NCBI GenBank assembly: GCA_964518475.1
Contig: CAZFGR010000001.1
Coordinates: 1 to 64,000, forward strand
DNA length: 64,000 nucleotides
Source: an uncultured Nitrososphaerota archaeon
GTDB lineage: Archaea; Asgardarchaeota; Njordarchaeia; Njordarchaeales; Njordarchaeaceae
Reading direction: 5' to 3'
In this document: positions 59,235 through 64,000 of the stretch, one piece after another
Position numbering within the stretch: the first letter of the stretch is position 1
How the letters are laid out: the number at the start of each line of letters is the position of its first letter
Program-made: the position numbers and the translations under genes
The notes under the pieces: model-generated
Told to the model about the DNA's origin: nothing
The model's database searches: none
Seen by the model: only the letters and a program-made list of their open reading frames with translations

Positions 59235-59975
59235 TCACTCACTCTCCTCCTCAAATATTTCAGGAGCTCGCACTTCTTCTAAAGCAAGCATGGCTTTTTT
59301 GGCTTCTTCCTCAACAACTTGTTTGAATTTCTCTATGTCCCCACCCACATGCTCTAAAGGCTTAACTGTTATCCTATCCGGTAGTTTAGCAGTCGGCTTA
59401 ACAATTGTTACTCTAACCCCAATAACACCAGTCTTTACTAGGATAGATGCTTTACCCACATCAACGTATTTGTAAGCGGGGTCGCCCGAGTGAACCAATA
59501 AGCCTTTAGCAAATCTATACTTCTTGGCACGTCTTTTCTGCAGTTTTCCCTTTACCCTTATTTCTACTCCGAGCGCTCCCTCTTGAAGAGCTTTGTTGAT
59601 AACGCTATAAGCTATTCTTCTTACAGAGACTCCTCTTCCGATAGCTCGAGCAATTTCTTCTGCTAGTAGCTGGGCATTCAAAGTCGCATCTTTTACCTGT
59701 TCCACATTAATCTTCACATTCTCAAGTTTAAACCTCTCGCTAATCTTCCTCATTAATTCACGTGCTCTCCTGCCACGGGGACCTATTACTATTCCTGGAT
59801 TCTTTGCATAGATAGTTATCTGATAACCACCTAGAGATAGGGGCGAAACATCTACTCCTACATACCCAGCAACTACCGGCAATTCTTCTTTAAGAAATTC
59901 ATGAAGCTGAAGTCTTAGCAACATTTGCTTCAGAACTCTTTTGTGGAGAGTACCCACAACGTGCGATATACTCAT
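59235..59975 (-). CDS. rps3: 30S ribosomal protein uS3
   Basis: KH domain PGIVIGPRG, GALGVEI..KGKL, GVIGVRV. Confidence 0.94.
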   Translation of the reverse strand: MSISHVVGTLHKRVLKQMLLRLQLHEFLKEELPVVAGYVGVDVSPLSLGGYQITIYAKNPGIVIGPRGRRARELMRKISERFKLENVKINVEQVKDATLNAQLLAEEIARAIGRGVSVRRIAYSVINKALQEGALGVEIRVKGKLQKRRAKKYRFAKGLLVHSGDPAYKYVDVGKASILVKTGVIGVRVTIVKPTAKLPDRITVKPLEHVGGDIEKFKQVVEEEAKKAMLALEEVRAPEIFEEESE

Positions 59976-60631
59976 TCTTCTTCACCTTCCTCCTCTTCTA
60001 AACCAGCTTCCCCCACCTCTTCTTCTTCACCGATTTCTTCCTCGGTTTCAGAAACTTCCTCTTCCACCTCTTCTTCAACACCCATTTCTTCCTCTCCTTC
60101 TTCGCTAACCATCTCCTCTGGAATCTCCATAACAACTACTTCCACATTAGTGCATCTCTTTATTTTCCATCCTCTGAGAAGACCTGGTCCCCTTCGATCA
60201 GGTCTCCTTCGAATAATCCTACCTTTATGTGCTACCATCCAAATTATTCTAAGACGCCTCTCATCCAGACCTTTATTTCTTGCATTATTAAGTGCATTCT
60301 CCAATACTTCGAGAATATATTTTGCTGCCTTGTATGGATATCTTCCAGCGGCCCATTTCCAGTCATGCAATTCTTTCCTGTGCCCGACATTCCCTTTAAA
60401 TCTCTTAAAAGGCACTGCTGCTTTCTGCTCCATTACCGCCCTTAAATACCTAATTGCTTCATGCAGATACATACCCCTCTCCATAATCGCGTTGCATATC
60501 TCCCTAGCGTGTTTCCACTTAATAGGGAGCTCGTGTCCTCTTGCAAGCGCTATCCTCGTGGTATCTGGGAGCTCATGAATAGGAAACGAGTAACCAGACC
60601 GTCCTTTAGCCATTTCAGTAAACCTCAACAC
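59972..60631 (-). CDS. rpl22: 50S ribosomal protein uL22 with acidic tail
   Basis: KHAREICNAI, VPFKRF..VGHR, GRYPYKAA, NALNNARNKGLD. Confidence 0.94.
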   Translation of the reverse strand: MLRFTEMAKGRSGYSFPIHELPDTTRIALARGHELPIKWKHAREICNAIMERGMYLHEAIRYLRAVMEQKAAVPFKRFKGNVGHRKELHDWKWAAGRYPYKAAKYILEVLENALNNARNKGLDERRLRIIWMVAHKGRIIRRRPDRRGPGLLRGWKIKRCTNVEVVVMEIPEEMVSEEGEEEMGVEEEVEEEVSETEEEIGEEEEVGEAGLEEEEGEEE

Positions 60632-60757
60632 TCACTCGTTAATGCATTATAAGTTAATCACTTGCAGTTTGGATGCTATTAAAAATTATTTCTCACAACT
60701 CACTCTTAATTCTTAATGAAAGTCATTAAGAACAGTTTTTCTCTACTTCATAACCAA

Positions 60758-61864
60758 TTATTTAAGCCACGGTATTATAAGTGTTGAGTGAAAATCAAAG
60801 TCGCCACCTACATATTTACCCAAGCCCCTAGGTATCATTGAAAAAAGAATATCAGTAAGTATTCCTAGGTTTGAAAAAGTAACCATAATTCGCTTCATAT
60901 GAAGCATTATCCTTAAATGATTACCAAGGATCCTTCTCCACACCCGTTCATAATTTTCGAGAGAAAATTCTCCCTCTGTAGATATGTAACGATCGATTAT
61001 TCCAGCCGCTATCTTAGCGCTTAAACCCCCCATAACTACTCCGCCCCCAGTAGTGGGCTTTGTTTGACCAGCGGCATCCCCTACCGCAATTATTTGCCCC
61101 CACACCATTCTTTTTAAAGGAGGCCCACTCACAACAATTCCTCCAAAAGTCTTTATTATTCGCATTTCTCCTAGTCTACGCTTAGCAAAACGTTTTATGA
61201 AATAGAGCATTCTATTTCCAAGAAAATTGCTGGCAACACCAACTCGATATGTTTGATTATCTAACGGAATTACCCATGAAAAGAAGTCTGGAACGTTAAA
61301 ATGAATTTCCACAAAATCGCTTTCTAGTTTTCTTCTACTTTTAACATCGATTTGTATTGCTGGTAATAGGCCCGCCAAGTAAACTCCAGGGAAATTTCTT
61401 ATAAGAGCTCTCCTCGCCCCTTCTGCATCCACCACTACTTGAGCCCTAAACTTTTCCAGTGACTTAGTAGCGACTAGTGTACCATCGGGATATATTTCGT
61501 TGATCCTGATACCAAGCCTACCAATTCCTCCCTCTGAGACAAACTCTGTATACAATAATTTATCGATGCCCTCTCTATCAATGACCCAAGCCACTGGTTT
61601 AGCATAGTGTATTTCAAAATATTTCCCTCTTTTCGAAAAAAACCTCGCTCCTCTAATCTCATTAATAACAAGTCCTTCTCTCAGTACCTTATTTCTAAGA
61701 CCTAATCGTTCTAGACCACTTATCCCCACTAATCCAGCACAATGCGGGGGAAAACCGATCTCTTTATGTTCCTCAAAAATCACTACCCTATATCCCTTCT
61801 TAGCTAGTTCAGATCCTACAAAATTTCCAACGAAACCAGCACCCACTATTGCCACATCAAACAT
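60758..61864 (-). CDS. Geranylgeranyl reductase-family flavoprotein
   Basis: DVAIVGAG, PPHCAGL, FSWVIP, GDAAGQTKPTTGGG. Confidence 0.85.
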   Translation of the reverse strand: MFDVAIVGAGFVGNFVGSELAKKGYRVVIFEEHKEIGFPPHCAGLVGISGLERLGLRNKVLREGLVINEIRGARFFSKRGKYFEIHYAKPVAWVIDREGIDKLLYTEFVSEGGIGRLGIRINEIYPDGTLVATKSLEKFRAQVVVDAEGARRALIRNFPGVYLAGLLPAIQIDVKSRRKLESDFVEIHFNVPDFFSWVIPLDNQTYRVGVASNFLGNRMLYFIKRFAKRRLGEMRIIKTFGGIVVSGPPLKRMVWGQIIAVGDAAGQTKPTTGGGVVMGGLSAKIAAGIIDRYISTEGEFSLENYERVWRRILGNHLRIMLHMKRIMVTFSNLGILTDILFSMIPRGLGKYVGGDFDFHSTLIIPWLK

Positions 61865-61954
61865 TCTCAGACTCCCAACTCACTTTAATCCATGTACCGT
61901 CCTCCAAACCAACAATCAGCAATAATTAATTAAAGTAAGTACCTCAACATCATA

Positions 61955-61969
61955 GAAAAGCTTTTATAT
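61955..61969 (+). promoter_or_regulatory. BRE-TATA promoter of the HTH gene
   Basis: GAAAAG-C-TTTTATAT about 50 bp upstream of the ATG at 62019. Confidence 0.55.
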
Positions 61970-61981
61970 GAGATTTCCTTG

Positions 61982-62001
61982 GTAAGCCTATGTAGGCTTA
62001 C
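61982..62001. promoter_or_regulatory. Palindromic operator
   Basis: GTAAGCCTA-tg-TAGGCTTAC, perfect 9-bp IR between the TATA box and the ATG. Confidence 0.6.
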
Positions 62002-62018
62002 TCAATACCGGTGTTGGC

Positions 62019-62483
62019 ATGTCCTTCATGCACGGCTACTTGACTCCTAGGCAAAGAGAACTATGGTCCTTGCTCATAAAGAAAATCAAGCAAAAAGATA
62101 TAGCTAGGATTCTTAACATTACGAAACAAACTGTCAGCAAAAGTGTTTTTATTATTGAGAAGAAAATAGCTAGGGCCCTATACGAAGCCGCTAAACTCAA
62201 TAGAATTATTATAAAAAGAATGGAACCTTTGAAAGGCATACTCCTAGGGTATAGTCCCGAATTCAAGACAGAAGTGATCATCTTTCTATCACCTAAATAT
62301 GGTTTACAGATTTGGTACAGAATCGAGCACTCCTGCAAAGATTGCTATTTCTACAACGAATGCAAAAAGATGCTCTTAGATGAAATCCAGCTACGGGGAA
62401 TAAAGCTTCGTGAAGAAGAAAAGTCACTGGAACCAAGCAAGCTAGCAGAGCTCTTATTTAACCATTTACTAGGAGAAGATTGA
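62019..62483 (+). CDS. HTH transcription regulator with a Cys cluster
   Basis: LTPRQRELW..QKDIARILNITKQTVSK (HTH); HSCKDCYFYNEC. Confidence 0.75.
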   Translation: MSFMHGYLTPRQRELWSLLIKKIKQKDIARILNITKQTVSKSVFIIEKKIARALYEAAKLNRIIIKRMEPLKGILLGYSPEFKTEVIIFLSPKYGLQIWYRIEHSCKDCYFYNECKKMLLDEIQLRGIKLREEEKSLEPSKLAELLFNHLLGED

Positions 62484-62562
62484 GATGTTTAGTAGTGTAT
62501 TATTAAGGAAAAATTACTGCAGATTATTCTATGTATTGAAAAGGATCAGTTATTTCCATAAC

Positions 62563-64000
62563 ATGTCTAAGCTAAAAAAGTTAATAACACTCTCACTCGT
62601 GTTGCTTATTTTCACCTTCTCCATATGCAGTGGGGCTAGGGGAGCAGCCCCAGATGTAAAAAGAATTGTAATAACTTACAAAGATATGACTGGAAATGGG
62701 TACTTAGTATATAAGGAGAATGGAAATCTCACACAAGAAATATGTTTATTTGATTCAAGAGACCCTTATTATGCAAATAGACTAGAAGGGCCAAAAGGAA
62801 CAGGATTATTACAATTCTTTAAGAATAGCAGTGGATTTTTCGTTGAGTTTAATGATCTAATCGAATTTGCGGGGTATACTGATCCCTTCCCTATAAATTC
62901 CACAGTATCTTTCAGTCTTAAGATAAAAATTCTGCAAGGTACTTCCGTTCTCTCCGTTACCATTGGTGAACATAAGCTAAATGTTTCTCTATCAGCCCAA
63001 GATAAACCAGATGAAAAAGTCATCAACCTAACTTTTTTCGAACCTAAAAGCGCCAGTGAGTACTTCTTTGAATTAAAACGATTTATTATTGTTTTAAAAA
63101 GCATAAGTGAGAAAACCAGAATATTTCTAGAGCAGGCAAGAGTATTTGCACATACATATACACCGTTGGTACCTATAAGATTCTCGTATTATGATGTATC
63201 GGGTATCCGGATTGTCGCTAACACAAGTACTGTGAGAAATAATACTCTATACCTGTTAGGAACTTTTGGTCTCTATCTACACCTAGATTATCGTTTAGAT
63301 AAACGTAAATCTTCTATTTACGTCATATATCCAGCAGACATTATTTACGTAGACCCTAACGGAATAATCAACAATATTTCTATCGGTATTGATGCATGGG
63401 CCTATCCCCCCGTATTAGCAATATCACAGCAAATAACTGTGCCTAGTGAGAGAGGGCTAATCATTGATGCGTATATTCCATTCTCAAAAATAGACCTATC
63501 TGTAGTTTATCTCAACCATTATCCAGCAGAAATAGAATGGCTCGATGCCGAGTATTATGATGAAATAAGCGTTCTAGGTTACGTAGCTAGGGAGATAATG
63601 ACTAGATATGATGAAAAAATCCTCCTATTATTGCCAGGGAAATACCGCATATATCTCCACACACCAACGAGTTTAGGAGGATCTCTTTCATGCACCTTTA
63701 CGGTAAACGTCGGGAATAAAAACATGGCGATCAGTATCGTGTTTAATGCGTTCTATATTAACGGTCTAGTTTTGCGTATAGAGGAATTCCTACCAATATT
63801 AGTTAGTATCCTATTGGGATGCTTTTTATTAGTAGCTCCTCTCGCATTTTCGGACACTAGAGAAATGTACTTACAAGTACTAAGAAGACCACTTTTTTAT
63901 GCCATAATATTCCTACTCGTGTCAAGTTTTCTACCCTCCATAGGCGCTACTTATTTTAATAAGTATATCTCGCAAACAGAAGAAATAATGATAGTCGATC
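62563..64000 (+). CDS. Secreted/membrane-anchored glycoprotein (partial, runs off the window)
   Basis: Frame open from 62485/62563 to the window end, absent from the ORF track; signal peptide MSKLKKLITLSLVLLIFTFSICSGARG; many N-x-S/T sequons; TM helices near 63790-63950. Confidence 0.8.
   Translation, partial: MSKLKKLITLSLVLLIFTFSICSGARGAAPDVKRIVITYKDMTGNGYLVYKENGNLTQEICLFDSRDPYYANRLEGPKGTGLLQFFKNSSGFFVEFNDLIEFAGYTDPFPINSTVSFSLKIKILQGTSVLSVTIGEHKLNVSLSAQDKPDEKVINLTFFEPKSASEYFFELKRFIIVLKSISEKTRIFLEQARVFAHTYTPLVPIRFSYYDVSGIRIVANTSTVRNNTLYLLGTFGLYLHLDYRLDKRKSSIYVIYPADIIYVDPNGIINNISIGIDAWAYPPVLAISQQITVPSERGLIIDAYIPFSKIDLSVVYLNHYPAEIEWLDAEYYDEISVLGYVAREIMTRYDEKILLLLPGKYRIYLHTPTSLGGSLSCTFTVNVGNKNMAISIVFNAFYINGLVLRIEEFLPILVSILLGCFLLVAPLAFSDTREMYLQVLRRPLFYAIIFLLVSSFLPSIGATYFNKYISQTEEIMIVD

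Noticed and set aside
59925-60578. Ser-rich 217-aa plus-strand ORF and similar antisense ORFs (e.g. 17488-18333, 47000-47527)
   Set aside because: Reverse-frame shadows of Glu/Lys-rich genuine genes

Overview
AT-rich core-genome window of a thermophilic archaeon. An Asgard origin is inferred from an ARPC4-like protein, eL38, an unsplit Rpo2, a eukaryote-like PriL and UFM1-like modifiers. Housekeeping content: tungsten AOR plus its radical-SAM maturase, a six-gene archaeal ether-lipid cluster, aIF5B, SAH/MTA recycling, FBP aldolase/phosphatase, RNase P RNA, nop5-fibrillarin, rtcA, a solitary rpo2, three tRNAs and a truncated S10/spc ribosomal block. The main result is an apparent archaeal UFMylation-like system in two loci. 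Locus 1 (23.8-27.3 kb, minus): SIS, JAMM/Ubl protease, UBA5-like E1, UFC1-like E2, pro-UFM1. Locus 2 (45.9-54.4 kb, minus): SMC5/6-like ATPase, kleisin-like, KITE/MAGE-like, PriL, second UBA5-like E1, coiled coil, second UFM1-like, Sec61beta, tpiA. All homology calls come from motif comparison by eye with remembered family sequences; no searches were run.
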